A stretch of 57,168 nucleotides of DNA, the filler included, from Platydemus manokwari (Eukaryota): NCBI GenBank assembly GCA_037951405.1. It is 4 parts of 4 records of this genome, joined end to end, with 100 filler letters (N's around TTAATTAATTAA, not from the genome) between each part and the next. Parts side by side here need not be neighbours in the genome. Positions count along the whole stretch, not along the records: positions 9,543 to 29,604 come from JBBMOY011644735.1; 3 more parts are not named here. One strand, given 5' to 3'. The notes beneath the pieces are model-generated. The model ran no database searches. It was not told the origin of the DNA and saw nothing but the letters and a program-made list of their open reading frames with translations. Position numbers and translations under genes: made by a program. Below are positions 12,501 to 27,014 of this stretch, piece by piece; the stretch's first letter is position 1, and each line of letters starts with the position of its first letter.

Positions 12501-14276
12501 GGTGTAACGAACCTCATGATTATTATTATTATATTTACCTCGATCGACTAAATTGTATGAAGACAATAGGTATGGCAACAGTGATATATCTTAACTATCA
12601 TTCCCAGTCTCATGTCTCACATCTTAATTCCTAAACTTGTTGACACCAGTGATAATGAATAATGGTCTATGATCTCTATCCAATTAATTAATAAGTCTTG
12701 TTGGCACAACTGTTTATTACTTAACGTTTATTATTTCGAAAAACACACGTTATTCAGAATATTAAAACAAATCAAATATATAAGATTTATCTAACTATGG
12801 TAAAATGTATTTTTACAACAACTAACGCTTACTTTCGCAAGGTTTATTGATGATCAAAATCTTTAATGACAATATCTTTGAGTAATATTCACTTGTAATT
12901 GATATTAGCTTTGAATTAAATCGAAGAGTGTCCTGATGATAGCTTTATAATTGGTGGTTTCAATTATAAAAATGGGTAAGGCTATTGGCATCAGTGAGCC
13001 TATTTATATGATCTGTCATTGGACACTAGACGTAGGTAAATATCTGATGATTCTATTTATTAATTTTGCTAATAAAGGGGAATTTATTTGCCATTTGAAT
13101 TAAATGCTAGTTTTTTTTATTTATTCTTATTTATTTTTATTACTTAGTAAAATAAGAAATTTTATCAGGGTAGCTTTTTAATAAAAGCGGGTTGAATATG
13201 TTTTCAATAAATATATTTTGCGCACTTATTCTTTCCGAGAAATTTTTACTTACCATATGTTGGGTTGCTAATGTTGGTTGATGCTAATGTGATTTTTATA
13301 CAATTCAACATCGAGAGTTTTATATTGATAAAGTTTTTTTTAATAAATAACACAAGTATTAGAATAAGATTTCTTTTCCGCTATAAAAATGACATACAAT
13401 TTAACGCAGACCAATGTAAGTTTATAAACAAATCGATAAGGTTATCTTGCAGGGGACCCAAGAACACTAGATTCTCCTTATGTTTTTATGATATGGATTT
13501 TATAAATTTTTAAAGAGTGAATTGATCGTTTTGAGCGTCGACGTATGTGGTTGTCGACAATTAATACTTTCATTCACGATCATCCACCAAAACGTAACAA
13601 AATTTACTATTTTTGCTACTTAGTACGATAATTTTTATGACATTTTAAAATTCCATGAATTATAATTAATGTAACCTTTATAAATTTAGCTAATATTATT
13701 CTGATATTAATCAATATTTTTACCAATAATTACAAAGATAAAGGTAATAATCAATAGTCAATTGAAATCATTTGAAATCAGAATTCTTACAAATAATCAC
13801 AAAGATAAAGATAAAGAAATCAAATATTTACAAATTTTTGTCAGATATTTGGATCTAGAATCGTTTTTGGAATCTTAGTATTTCTAGATTTGCAGTATTT
13901 TTTATTTGAATTTACTGCTGACCTAATGTGTCCAAATTTACATTTCAGTTCTTTTTTCCCTATTTCTTTTTCTTCTTCTCCCATTTCTTTTTTAGACTGA
14001 GCCACTGCTACCAGGTAATACGGGTCACTATTGGTCCTATAAGTTCCTGATTTGTTAAACTCTGATGTTGTTTGGGGTTTTTTCCGGTGATTTTCTTCTT
14101 CCATGCACCATATGAGCTAATGGTGACGAGTATATTTTATTTTCATTTTCGTTCTCCACACTATCTGAGTAGAGCACTAGTCAGTCAATGGTTTCCAAAC
14201 ACAAACCTTAATAAATAACATTTTGAAATAAAATAGTGATTATTACAGAATTAATAATAATAACCATTTCCATATA

Positions 14277-14581
14277 TTGGGATGGTGCATAAATTCGTGC
14301 GTTTTTATTTGTTGCAAAGAAAACACACCAAATTCTTGTTTTAACTGATCTGAGCTGAATTATCTATTTAGATCATTTTAGGCTAACTTTCACTTTTATT
14401 ACCCTCACTAAAATGGAAGAAAGCGATCGATTGTGGCAGAGAATATCTCATCTATTGTTTTTTTTTCTAATGATTTCATAAATTCATCTTGTTATCTCGA
14501 ATTTTTTGCTTGGTTTTTATTCTTGATCAGTATGCATGTTCATAATTGTTAAAAACCGCTCGAACTTATGTACCAACCCAA
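14277..14581. mobile_element. Mariner-type MITE (~305 bp)
   Basis: Terminal inverted repeats (TIRs): left TTGGGATGGTGCATAAATTCGTGCGTTTTT; right (reverse complement) TTGGGTTGGTACATAAGTTCGAGCGGTTTTT. TA on both sides (14275-76, 14582-83). Confidence 0.85.
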
Positions 14582-14769
14582 TATTATTCGTGCAATATAA
14601 ACTAAAATAGTGCTACCAATCTTTAATTTATTTCCTTTTTCTAAAAACGGTGACTACTTTATGACGATTAGAATTACAACTAGATTATTTTTAGATATTA
14701 ATATAATTAGCCATTGAAATAAAATACTGAATATTTCATTCACGAGAATTAAGACAAGCTATTAATAAA

Positions 14770-15530
14770 ACACAAAGACGTTTTCGTTATAATTGCCTGC
14801 TTCTTCAGTTGTTATAATTGTCAGGTGGTTTCTTGCTTCATCAAAACCCCCTACAAAATAATAGCACATTTTTAAAAGACGAACCTTTGAATTTTATTAA
14901 AATAGTGAGTTAATTGAAAATAAATAAGAAAAATATATCGATTTTTTGAAATTTGGATAAATTAGTAATTTGTTTAGTGCCGCATATTGAACGACGATTC
15001 CTTATTAATTTTGCTTTAAAAAAGGCTTTTTCAGACTGGCAATATTTGGAAAAATAAGAAGCCCTGGATTTAACACCGTTTGAGAAAGTAAATTGGCATG
15101 AATTTCAAATTAATGCATGTCGCAGATGAAATGCTGTAATATTTTATTACGGAAGATATTATAATTTTTTCTAAATATACTGAAAGCAATTCTACTTATA
15201 TAGAAAAAGTATTTTAAAGACTAAAGTTTGCGAACTTGAAAATCACAGATTCTAAGTGTGTAAATGCCAAACAAGGACTTACATTTATCGGTCATATTAT
15301 TTCCAAAAAGGCTTAAAGCCAAAATAATAATTTATACGACAACAGGGTAATGATGAAAAGGCTCACCTTACTGCATATGCTATTAAGGATTTCATAAACA
15401 TGAAATTTTTTAGACTCCCGAAAAAACGGATTATAAAACATTGTTGTAGTCACATACTTTCGACAAAGTTGGCGATAACATATTATTTAAATTATAAGAA
15501 ATATTACCATCACTCATTAAGGCCTTTAGT
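14770..15530 (+). mobile_element. Ty3/Gypsy gag-pol relic, heavily deleted
   Basis: CYNC knuckle fragment (~14810), LDL/TPF (~15065), and ITEDIIIFSK..EKVF*RLKFANLKITDSKC..TFIGHIISK (15146-15305), matching the Gypsy RT YLDD..KC..FLGH region. Confidence 0.7.
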
Positions 15531-15749
15531 CGAATGTGTTTCCAATAAATAGATTAAAATATTTTCGAGAAAGGTTAAATAATGTCCACATCATAATTAT
15601 AAATATTAATATAATCGTAATATAATTTTAATATTATTATTAATAAGTTTTTAATATTTCTTACATCTCCACGTTCCTTTGTTAGCACTGCACCGATTTC
15701 ACATTGTAATTGATAATTCTTTATATGTTTCTTTCTTATAACTTAATAT

Positions 15750-16450
15750 GGATCTTCTTTTTAAGTCCTTGCCTGCATATCATTTTTACCAAACATTTTG
15801 TTTTTTCCGAGTTTGTATTGTCGGGTCTGAAAATAAAACATTATATGAATGGAATCGAACCGAATGTATAAAAATAGTAAAACACTTGTTTGACGAAATA
15901 ATGGAGCTCGAAATAAGGCAATTTTGGTACTCATTCCACCACATATGGATGTTATTGGGTCATTTACAGAAACTATAAATGGCAATATATAGCAGTATTT
16001 TATCATCATTTGACAAAATATTTGTTGCAAATAAATAAATCTGAGACATCATGATATTCATATGTAGAAAATATAGTTATCTGTTTGGGAACTCTTATGA
16101 AGTATAAACAGACTGGGGTACTAATTTACTTAACGGATTATTTAAAACCATAGTAATTTTTTTTAATTCTGAAGTTAAATATATCATCTTATAATTCACA
16201 AACACATGGATATTGTCATCCCACACTGGAAGATCTTAAAAATATTTGGATCACAACATTGATAGTGCACGAGAGGACTGGAGAAACGCTATCTAATTTA
16301 TTGTATTTAGAAAGAAATTGATTTGAATGACCAGGACTTTACATCCAGATATATAGAAATTACGGATTGTAAATCATTGTTTCAAGATAGATTTGTTTAT
16401 AAGATCGTTTAAAAATTAAACTTAGACAATATCAATATAAGGCCGCATAT
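15750..16450 (+). pseudogene. Possible core-2/I-branching beta-1,6-GlcNAc transferase relic
   Basis: Fragments in the expected order: MAIY, SSFDKIFVANK, YSYVENIVICLGTLMKY, DW..NL..DYLKP. Heavily broken. Confidence 0.25.
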
Positions 16451-17079
16451 GACTGAAAACACATTTAAAATTAATCGACCAATTGAAAACATACTAGTCA
16501 TACACTCAATTTTCTTGGGATTATTAAAATCGGAACCCAGAAACACACGGTAATTAACCTATGGTCCAAAATATTTCTCAAATCTTTACATTGAATGAAA
16601 ACAATGATAAAGAAATAGTTATTAAAGAAATAGTTGTTTATCTGACATCAAATAAACAATATTAAAAATAGATTCATCATCGAACTTTTCTTTGAGGATG
16701 TTATACGTCAATGCAAGTGCGAAAGAACAAAAAAGATCACAATAAAGGGATTCTTAAAAGTCGGACTACATATTGCTCTGCACTGAGTATTGAGCGTGAT
16801 GTAAGGTCATCGGATATCAATTTCCACTTCCTGTTTAACCCGAGGGCTCGAAAGTGGTGACGATCTGAACAATTATCTATCCCTGTTCTGATAAAGTTGA
16901 ATTGATAAATTTAGATCCTTTGGGAATTCTGATAACTAGACCATCTTTTGTTCATAGATTGTCATTGAATATTTTGAGGCTGAACGATTGTGGCTGACAT
17001 CAATTATGGCAATTGAATTCAAAAGCTACGATCAATCTAAAGAGTAGATATTTTGCAAAACATAACCTCGAATAAGTTG

Positions 17080-17460
17080 TTCATTAACGTTTAATTACCT
17101 GGTAAGGACTCTGAATTAATTGAATACAGCTTGGATTCCCAGAAATTCTTCACCATCTTCTGTTCTCCTCAAGATATCAAAGAGCGGTGAGATGGTGTAT
17201 CAATTCCAGTTTTTCCCCAAACCTTAGTCATGATGTGTTTTTGAGGTCACAGAAGCTTTCATCCGTGCCTTGTGAATTTGAACACTGGTTTCTGTTCTGC
17301 AGGATCTCGAAGACATTATATCAGGTCGGTAAAGTTGGGAATTTTCTCTCGCGTATAGGTCTGAAGCATACATCACGTTAAGAAGCACTCCTTTTGTTAG
17401 TGATGTCAAATCTGAGCAGAGTGTCGAATACTCGAATTAAACAGTAGTTTAGCCAATTTT
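17080..17460 (-). mobile_element. Ty3/Gypsy pol relic
   Basis: Minus strand reads LIRVFDTLLRF, then REKIPNFTDLI*CLRD..PVFKFT (RT thumb/connection), then SPYQVIK (GPY/F-like integrase tail). Confidence 0.5.
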
Positions 17461-18559
17461 GTGATGTTTTTGTCCTAGATTCCTATTACCTTGATCACGT
17501 TGAGTGTTTTCCTTGAAATCGAATTTAAATACCCCACTACAATAGTATGAACAATCGGAGTGTTAATTTTGCATATCTCACAACGGAGCATAATGGGTCA
17601 AGTTCCTCTCGTTGGGCTTATTCCTTTAGACGCTCATCGTCAAGCTGGAATCTGATGTCAACCAAGAATACTCGACAATTCAAGATAATCTCTAGATATA
17701 AATCAACTCACAGTTTCAAAACAGTACCACAATCTTTAAGATAAGAGACTATTTTATTTAAATTTACCAGTGCTTGGTGAAGAATATGTGATGCTTGATG
17801 CTTACATTTCACTCCAGCTATCTGTGTAAGGCAAACAGTATCGTTTATGTTAAGGTTTTGACAAAACAACGAAATCAAACTAAACTTTGTACGGTATTAT
17901 GTGCCTGTTTTTATGACAATTGTATTTTTATGCATTGCAGTACGTAAATTAATCAGAGAGAATTTCTCTCAGCGATAAATAAATTATAACATAAGAACGA
18001 TGAATGCATTGCATTAAATTTACGCGTAGAGACTTTCCACAAGTGACTCAGCGCAGCAGTGACAGTTACCACTGCCACAAAATTGGAAACACATTTTTGG
18101 GCACATTATTACCAGACTTATTGTTACACCAAGCTCGACAATATCAAAATCGAAATTGCGATCCAACAGAAATCAAGAAATTAATTATGTGTTAGGAATC
18201 GGTATACATATATGCCCAGTATTTTACTGGAAGATCACATAGCAGGGTACATTTTTATAAAATATTTGTCAATACTATGGTTTATCGCCTATTTCTTATT
18301 ATCGAGCTGTGTCTCAAATTCCTAAGGTTGTTTCAAGAAAGCGTGAAGATCCGTTATAAAGTTTGATGTATAGTATAGCATTAAAACCAATTTGTAAATT
18401 TTATTTTATTTCTTATTTAGTTTGTATCATTTGTTATTTAGTAATAAAAATTTGTAATAGCGAGCCTTGGTTATTGATTAAATAGGAATCATGAATGATT
18501 GCTCATTGTCATTGGTGTCAGTGACTTTAGGAATATAAGATAAATAAGTTGAGACTGAT

Positions 18560-19300
18560 AGCTGTGGCCACACCTATTATCTTCACACAATAAGGTTGTG
18601 TAATGCAAGGATTAGATAAAATAAAATAAAATACACCTGTGGCCTTAAAGAACTCATTGAAACTGATATCAAATATCAATAAAATCCATAAGAGTAGCAG
18701 GTAATCTTCCTCACCGCTTCTCTAAAACAAGCAAACTTTTTCGAAAAAAATTTCGAAAACCAATTATTGGAATTAGAAATAAAATGTTTTACATCGCATC
18801 TATCTTCTGATGACCGAATAGGTTAGAATGGGCAACAATCTGCACATTTTGCAGTAATTTCTGAAGCTTTGAATACAGAGTTTGGCCATTCTTTTATCCA
18901 ACAGGACAGATAAAATTCTCAAAGATAGAGTTTTAAAACGTTTGCAGGTTTATCTTCACATCTTCATAACTGTTATTCCTAAAATTTATATAATTGGAAC
19001 ACAAAAGTGCATTTAAGTGCCAGATTATAGGTGATGTTCCATGAAAATTGCAAATTGTCAACAAACCTGGCAACCAACGCAATGTCATCAGCATATACCA
19101 GTACAGAAAATTCAATGCTAAAAAGCTAATATCAGTTGAGATTATTGCGACCTTGAGATTATTGGCTTGATCTTGAACATTACTTGTAGCTTAATATTAT
19201 CGAGCAGTTTATAAGCGTTTATTAGACAGAGATAGGGTAGAGGTCTTATATTGGACGACATCACAGGTGTGTGAAACAGAATCGCCTTATTCATTTTATT
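18560..19300 (-). mobile_element. Non-LTR retrotransposon RT relic
   Basis: Intact catalytic motif EFSVLVYADDIALVAR (YADD at 19095-19084) and downstream LPILTYS; the rest is degraded. Confidence 0.6.
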
Positions 19301-20589
19301 AAATTATTTTTAATGTTTACCGACATAGTTTTAAAGACTTCAAATTAAAAACCCGGTGAAAGATACGACATTCGTTTTAAATCAATTATTTCCAAAATAT
19401 AGGATGCTATAACGTATCAAAATCTTGTTCGAATTATTTGTAGATCTTTTACTCCTTCCAATCTTAAAATTCTCGACAAATTTGAGTCTAGAAAAAATTT
19501 GGTTAGATTACTATATCAGAAAAATTACTCATCTCATTTTAATGCTCATAAGTGGCATAAATAATCTTTGATACTTAAAATATAGCAAAACGAGTATGAC
19601 CATTCTTGATATTCCGAAACTGAGACTTAAACTTTTAAATAATAAAACAGAAGGACTGAATTTATTTCCATAGTTTAGTCAACTATCTCATCAAAATTGT
19701 AAAAAATAATTCTCAGTACTGACATTAAACGAGTTTAAAAACTCTTTAGTACTTCAATTTTATAAACCACCATTAATATAATTCACTGCAAAACTAAAAG
19801 CTTTGTCTTTTTTTAAGCATTTCTTTTCTAAACATTTTAAACCATCGACCTATTTCAAAATTCCAATACCTTCCATTATCTACTCAATATCTTTAACTAT
19901 ATAATCTCCAACCTCCACATCAACCTCTACAATTATCCTTCACTAATTCAACAAAAGCCACATCATCTAAAATATTATCCAAATTTATAAATAATTCTTC
20001 AAAATTCACCAAATATGTGTATGACCACGAGGTATTCATTTCAACGTTCACATTAAAAATCCTTCAAAAGTTTCAGTACATTGCACATAATTATAAGCGA
20101 TAAAGAACATCAATACAATGCCATGTTTATATTTTCATCTAATCCCTACTTAATTTTTACTTGTTTTAATTCAACTGGCTGGATTTTTCTTTCATTTTTG
20201 ATTATCTATTATTTCTTAAATGAAAACCTGTGCAATATTTTAAAAATGGATTATTTGGTATTTAATGTGTCTTTTGAAGTAACTATGTTTTCCTTTACAT
20301 TCCTCTACAAGCGGATTTGTTGTGTTTCAATCTTTGGTTACTTCCTTCAATTAGCCATTAGATTTAAACATCATGAACTATTCCTTTACTATTTTACTTA
20401 ATAAATCTAAATTTCTGATTGTTTTAATCAAAATACGAAAACATACTTGGGCAAAACTCAAAGATAAAATGAAACTTCTTCGATAAGAAAGAAAGACAAT
20501 TACAAACAAATAACTTTGACTACGGCCCATTAATATGCGGCTACATTGATTGCGTAGCACATAACCAATCATGCATGGGTATAGGCGTC

Positions 20590-23500
20590 AGAACCATCAG
20601 CAGAAATGTAAACACAACATTTCACAAGATTAGATTAACCAATTAATAGAGATGGAACCGGCAACTGCAGAAAATCAGGATGACCATATCCCCTTTACAG
20701 AAAGACACATGATGGCCTTATGAAAAAAAAGAACTTCAATGTCGAAAATTTCTAGTACTCAATCCTTTTATTGGTAGAGCCCTCGGAATCAATCAGGTTG
20801 ATGATATTATGGAATTCCTGTCGTTCAAGTATTTCAAAAACAGAGAAATCATCCTTTGTCCACTTCTGATGAATTCTAAACTCTGGATTCTAGTGATAAC
20901 ATCTATAACTAAAAAATCAATTCAATTGCTGGACCATAGAGGTAATGACACAGATAAAGAAAATACAAAATTACTCAATAATCTAAATAGAAATATTTCC
21001 ATAATGATATAGAACAAAAATGGTCTAAAAATTGACCCTACAAAAACCAGACTGCTACAGTACAATATTGGAAAAAGAGGGCCACTAGTATTTGGATATA
21101 TGCTGAACATCAGCCATAATTTTCAACTGATGAGAATAAATATCAGAATAATAAAGAAAAATGCAAATAACGCGATCCTCGAACACGAATGGAAGGTCAA
21201 GAGAGAGGTACAACTAATGTGAATTCCTTACAATTGTCCAAAAGATCAATTTGAAATCAGGAAATCATTAGCAGAAGGAGTAGCCAACAACAAAACAGAA
21301 GATGAAATGTTTAGCAAATAATGTGAATTTATTCTCTGTGTCTGCACAATTAAATCACCAAGTAATCCATACTTGGGTAGAGCCAACGATGAAAAAAGGT
21401 GAAACTGACCTGAAACTAAGGAGACTGTTGAACCACGCTCAATCTGTTGCATTTGGATTAGGCACGTAATACCAAAAGTTGACTACAGACCAATTTAAAA
21501 AGACTTCGAAAAACATTTCGAGAAAAAACAATCAAAAAGGAGATATTCCTGATTGCGACGGATCGTGTACGAAAGCATTTAAAAATTTTTGTTCGCTAAA
21601 CAAAGTTACTAAGAGGGGCCAAGACTTTAACTTCAGCATAATTGAACCAGGAACAATTTATATAACCCTTTGCAAAAAGGACTCAATTGCTTCTGGGAAT
21701 AACAAAATCAATTATAAAAATATTCTATATGCAGACCCAGAGACAAAAATCATACACAATTTTTTCACAAAATGTCTAGATAACCAAGAAATACCACAGG
21801 AATGAAACACATGTACAACATTGAAGGTACCGAAACCCATGAATGAGGCTCACTATCATCAAGTCAGCTCATGGCGCCCTATTGCTCTACTCGACTGCAG
21901 TTATAAAATTTTCACAACCATTCTGTACAAACAACAGAATTGGATTGATGAAAACAACTTAATACATCCACTCCAGAAGAGCCTAGATCCAAATGACGGA
22001 TGTGCCGAACAAAACTTTTTACTTTGAGCCATTTTAGAAGAACACAGCAAGAAAAATATCGTAGACATCGAAGACTCTTTCCCTTCATTAGATCTTGAAG
22101 CGATATTCACAATCATTGAGCATATGGGTCTGACTGCAACTGCCATCAGAATCATAAGAATTTTCTACACAAATTATCAATTTTCTCTTAAATTGGAAGA
22201 TTGTGTAACGAAACCAATTAAAATTGATAGGGGTCCGACAGGGCTGCATAATTAATAATGCTTTTATTCGTCATAGCCATCAATCCAATCTTGGTACAAA
22301 TGAACAGTTGCCTTCTTGAAGGCCTGATAATTGCAAATCATCGAATTTCATGCCTTGCCTATGCGGATGAGATAGCAATTATTGCGAAGAACAAAAATGG
22401 AAGCCAGGTGGTGATCAATGATAGACTCTCGGGTTGCAACTTGGCTTCAAGTTCAAACCCTCAAAATGTGGGCACTAATATAATCATAGAGGAAGTACTA
22501 ACGCGGAGGAACTCCTGGTATACAATGAGAAAATTCATACAATCAGTCTAGTAGAGCACTATCGCTACCTAAGAGTGAACTTCTCTTTGAAGTTACATCA
22601 TACAACAGAAAGACTGTTCATCGTCATAGAAACTCTAATGAATAAACTGGAAAAATGCATGTTACTACCATGGCAAACGTTAAGGGCCTTAGAGTTGTTC
22701 GTACACACCAAAGTGATCTTCTACATGAGAAATTACTATGTCAGTTACAGTGGATTACTGTAGTTTGATATGATAATAAGAAAATATCTGAAAAAATCTT
22801 TAGCGTACCGAAATTTTGCTCATCGAATTACCTCTACTCAACAAAATCAAAGGGTGGTTTATTGAACTGCGAAGTTTGACAGAGGAGCATACAATACAAT
22901 GGATTACCCACACGTATCGTCTATTAACGAGCAAACATGAAATAATTAGGATGACGGCCATCCACTCCTTATGGAAAAGTGCTGGATTGAATAACCAAGC
23001 TGCAACAATCGAGAAAGCATTAGAATGAGTCAATTCGCATATTCTACCAAATAAAAGAAGCAAAACAAAAATAAGAGAAAGCATTAAATATGCCGCAAAG
23101 AAAACATATACCACGGTTTCTTTTATTATTATCAACGATGAGATAATGCTCAATCAATCAGTGGTTCCAATTACTAAAGGAGTGCCATAGTAGAACTAAT
23201 GAAAATCAAAGAAAAGGTAAAACTGCTGAGACAATGTTTTGCACGATCTTACCAATTAAACTGGACTAATCAAATCAGAAATGAACGCTGTAACAGTTAC
23301 GCAGAAGCTATTAGTCCAATGTGGTCCAAAGTATTTTTCAGTGGACACCTAACTATTGCTGAATTCAGATTTATTCATAACGCATAGACGGACAACCTTT
23401 CCACTCTGAATAAAAAGTACATAAGAGGAATGACATGCAGAAAATGTTTATATGAACTAGAATCGCAAACACACGTTTTCACCTGGTGCAAACTATCTCA

Positions 23501-24165
23501 CTCTTTTGTACTCTATCGGCACGAGAGAATCATGGATATACTGGCCAAGGAAATTATGAATAATACTGATTACAGAGTCTTTGTAGAGAAAGAATGTCAA
23601 TTCACGGAATCCAAATTAAGGGTAGATCTTCAATAAATAAATGATCGAAAATCCACGATCGTCCTAGTCGATGTAAAATGCCCCATGGACGAACCTGCTT
23701 TAATGGCCGAAACAGCTCAAAAGAATATAGAAAAATACACAGACCACCGAAATGCCACAAAAATAAAGCGGCCCTACTAGGCTGTGAAACTGTTCACTTT
23801 TGTTGTAGGAGTTCTCGGAACTTAGCAAACACTGACAAACAATACAGTCCTGAAGAAAATAGGAATGAACAAGAAAACGATAAATAAAATAGCTCTATAA
23901 AGTCGAATATAAATGCAAGTTATCTACAATGTAAGTTCCATACGGGAAGGAGGACAGCAACAAAGGCAGCCTTAAAAATAAGGGAAGAGGATTTCCAAGA
24001 CAACATCAACTGGATGGAGGAGACAAAATTGAATGAAATGCTGAATTAATTGTATGATTAAACCAACTAGCTGTGATTCATGAATAGATGGAAAGAAAAA
24101 AACCATGTATATCCCATATTTAAATGTATGGGTATCTCGAATATCAATGTTTATGAATAAATATT
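20590..24165 (+). mobile_element. NeSL-like RLE non-LTR retrotransposon (Ulp1-like protease, RT, CCHC, RLE), dead copy
   Basis: Protease relic: IILCPLLMNSKLWILVI..IQLLDH..LQYNIGKRGP. RT: WRPIALLDCSYKIF, DGCAEQNF, DIEDSFPS, VRQGC, CLAYADE. CCHC: CRKC..ESQTHVFTWC and RHERI. RLE: RVDLQ..IVLVDVKCP..EKY. AATAAA at 24156. Many frameshifts and stops; ends are approximate. Confidence 0.85.
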
Positions 24166-26189
24166 AGTAGTATTTATTGATTATTTATTGAATTATAAAT
24201 TTTATTATGTCATCATTTCTTAGCTGTTTATAATTTTCTTAATTCTATAAAATAATATATTGGCTGATTTCAAGAGATGATTTAGATTTTTTGAAGTCAC
24301 ATAAGTAACCTATACCCATGATTTCTAAATCTAGAAGTTTGATATTCAATGACTGCAATTGCATTTGTATTATTTAATTTGGTTTTAATTATTTCATTTT
24401 TTAAAATTCAAGCCTTTACATTTCGTTTAAAATTTTTTAACTTGAAATAAATACTTTAAATTATTTACTTATAATCGTAAGTAGTTAATTTGTGATCAAA
24501 TATTTTCGTTTTCTTTTTGTTAAGAGCTCTTTTTGTGAATAATTATAATATTCATAAAATTTATAAATTATTTTTAATTTAAATTATAAGTAAATATTTC
24601 AAAACTAATTAATGATTGAAAACTGAAAATTTTATAATTATTTTAAATAACCTAATAGCAAAATTAACAAAGAAATAATTTATACTTCGTGAATATCTGC
24701 AATGAAAAATAAATCACGATAAATGGTAATTTATACTAAAATAAGTTTCACAAAAAACGAATTCAAAATATTGCTGTTAATAAAAACAAAGTCATTCAAA
24801 GCAACATTAAATAATTCGGCCTTAGTTAAGAATAAAGAATCCACTGACTAAATTTTAATGTAAAAATATTGTCGGGTACAGAAATATCCTAAAATAATAA
24901 TATTAAAATACATTAAACAAATTTTTTCAAACTTTTCTGAATGAGTCAGACTCTCCCATAAATAGAAACAGCAAAATAGATATAAATATAATTTAAAAAG
25001 CCTAAAAATAGAACAAATAAATTATTAAATATATAAACAATATAATAAAATGAAAGTCACTAAAAATGGAATACAAAAAATACAAAAATAAAAGAAAATG
25101 ACAATAGACCGAAAAACATAAAAAACACGTATAAAATGGAAGAAAATAAATTAGAAAATGCCCATAATTATACTGCTAAACCCATTGTTATTTATAAAAA
25201 TCTTGTTGATTCTACAATCAGTCCACTATCTATTTAATAAAGTCAGCTTATTTACCAATCGATCAGGACAGTTTGACCTGCTATACGATTTAATTTATAA
25301 TTCCATTATTGAATACACATATCCATTGTAGTTTACACACTTGAAGCAAAATTGGGTATAACAAGACAGAGCTGTTCAGAAAAATCAAATAAAGCAGACA
25401 GCCGTTATCCTACAATTATTGTGATTAATCGAGATATTGCCTATAAAAGTAATCATCTCATCTGAAAAGAAGGAAAGAAAAAATTATCGATCCTAGTCGA
25501 GACTTCAAGCGCTATCAATAGTAAAAATTGTTTCCATTAGTCCTAAAAAATTAGCATGAATGATAAACTAAATTTAATTATTTACAATGTCTTGGGCCAA
25601 GCCCAAATTCTGTTTCATTAACTTTTAAACTTCTCTAAGTCATCTTTATTCATCTTTGTAGTTGATATACTATTAGGTTCTAGCTACCGTCAATAAAACA
25701 CTCCAAACCTCGTAGCCCTGGCTCAAGGAGCTTGTAAAATCACAACATAAAACAATAACAACTAATCAATCGATCACTAATTAAATTCCTGGTTATTTGT
25801 CAAATACTCTCTGTTAATTAATAATTATCAATTGTTATTTGTAATCTGCATATTGTTCATCATTTATTATTTTATTCTAGAGCAAATATACATTATCGTA
25901 TTTATTATTTTATTTAGTTTATTTATAATTCAAATCGCTTACATTATTTTGTTACACTGCCTTCTGGAATCAGGCATTACTAGTTTATAAGTTGCAATAA
26001 ATTAAAAACCTCCTGAAGTTCAGAACCCAGATAAAAGCAAAACAGCTTAACAACTTAACAATATTTCGCGCATTATTTTATTTCAAAATTTATTTATAAT
26101 GATATATTTTATCACATTTTGACTTGAAATTCAATTTTAGATGATAAAAACAAAAGGCTAAATTCTGTCAGAAAAACAACAATCACAAT

Positions 26190-26940
26190 TTAATGGTGAT
26201 TCAATGATTTGAGTATAAACATCTCGGTTATTCGACTTCACAAAACAAATAGAGTGATTCACAGTGCTATGTTGATAACCGAGATTTTGAACTCGATTAC
26301 ATAACCTCCACCAATCCCTATATATGATATATTCCCATTTTATCCATCTACAACGAGTAACATTTTAAATATTAACTTTTTGTTTATCATGCACTTCAAA
26401 ACTTATTGGGTTACTGCGCATAGTCTGCGGGCCAAAAATAAGAAGCCATTCATTTTATTATATCTTTTCAGTCCTCTTTCGACCTCTGCTATTGTATTTG
26501 GCCCTTCAAAATATACCTCATGAATTTCAACAGCAATATTTCAACCATCAATAATTTTCCATGCCTCGCTACTTTCTTCATAAGTGTCGTATTGTACCTT
26601 AATAAATAATTTTTATATTTGGTTTTATTTTTAAAATTTTTTTAACCATATTATGATTATTGGTTCAAGAACTGATGCCTATTGATAGCAATCCCATGCA
26701 CTATAAATAACTTAAATTCAGAATGTTGAATAGGAACAAAGTCGAATTATTGAATCAAGCTTCTCTTCCAATTCAGAAATTTCTTTCACATTTTTATCAA
26801 CGCAATTTTTATGATTTTTTTTAATTGGAAGAAATTTTCATTTGACTGTCGCATCGACATATTTTCGTTCTGTCTATCCAACCTGTTAATTTAATTAAAC
26901 ATAGATGCACAAGATCCTGGTATGCCTGAATTATTTCCCC
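26190..26940 (-). mobile_element. Merlin (IS1016/ISXO2-like DDE) transposase relic
   Basis: Minus strand reads CRCDSQMK, then WKIIDG*NIAVEIHEVYF (cf. IGG...VEIDES.F), then IIYRDWWRL..LGYQHSTVNHSICFV..VYTQIIES (cf. I.SD.W..Y...GY.H.TVNHS..FV...HTQ.IES). Confidence 0.75.
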
Positions 26941-27014
26941 ATCACTTTTCTTATAAAATCAATCGTAAAAATTTGGATAACGTTCCATTTGTTTCTAATG
27001 GTCAAACTAGGTCA

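Noticed and set aside
13841-14104. 87-aa ORF with KCKFGH, like a zinc knuckle
   Set aside because: Incomplete knuckle, no splice context; at best gag debris.
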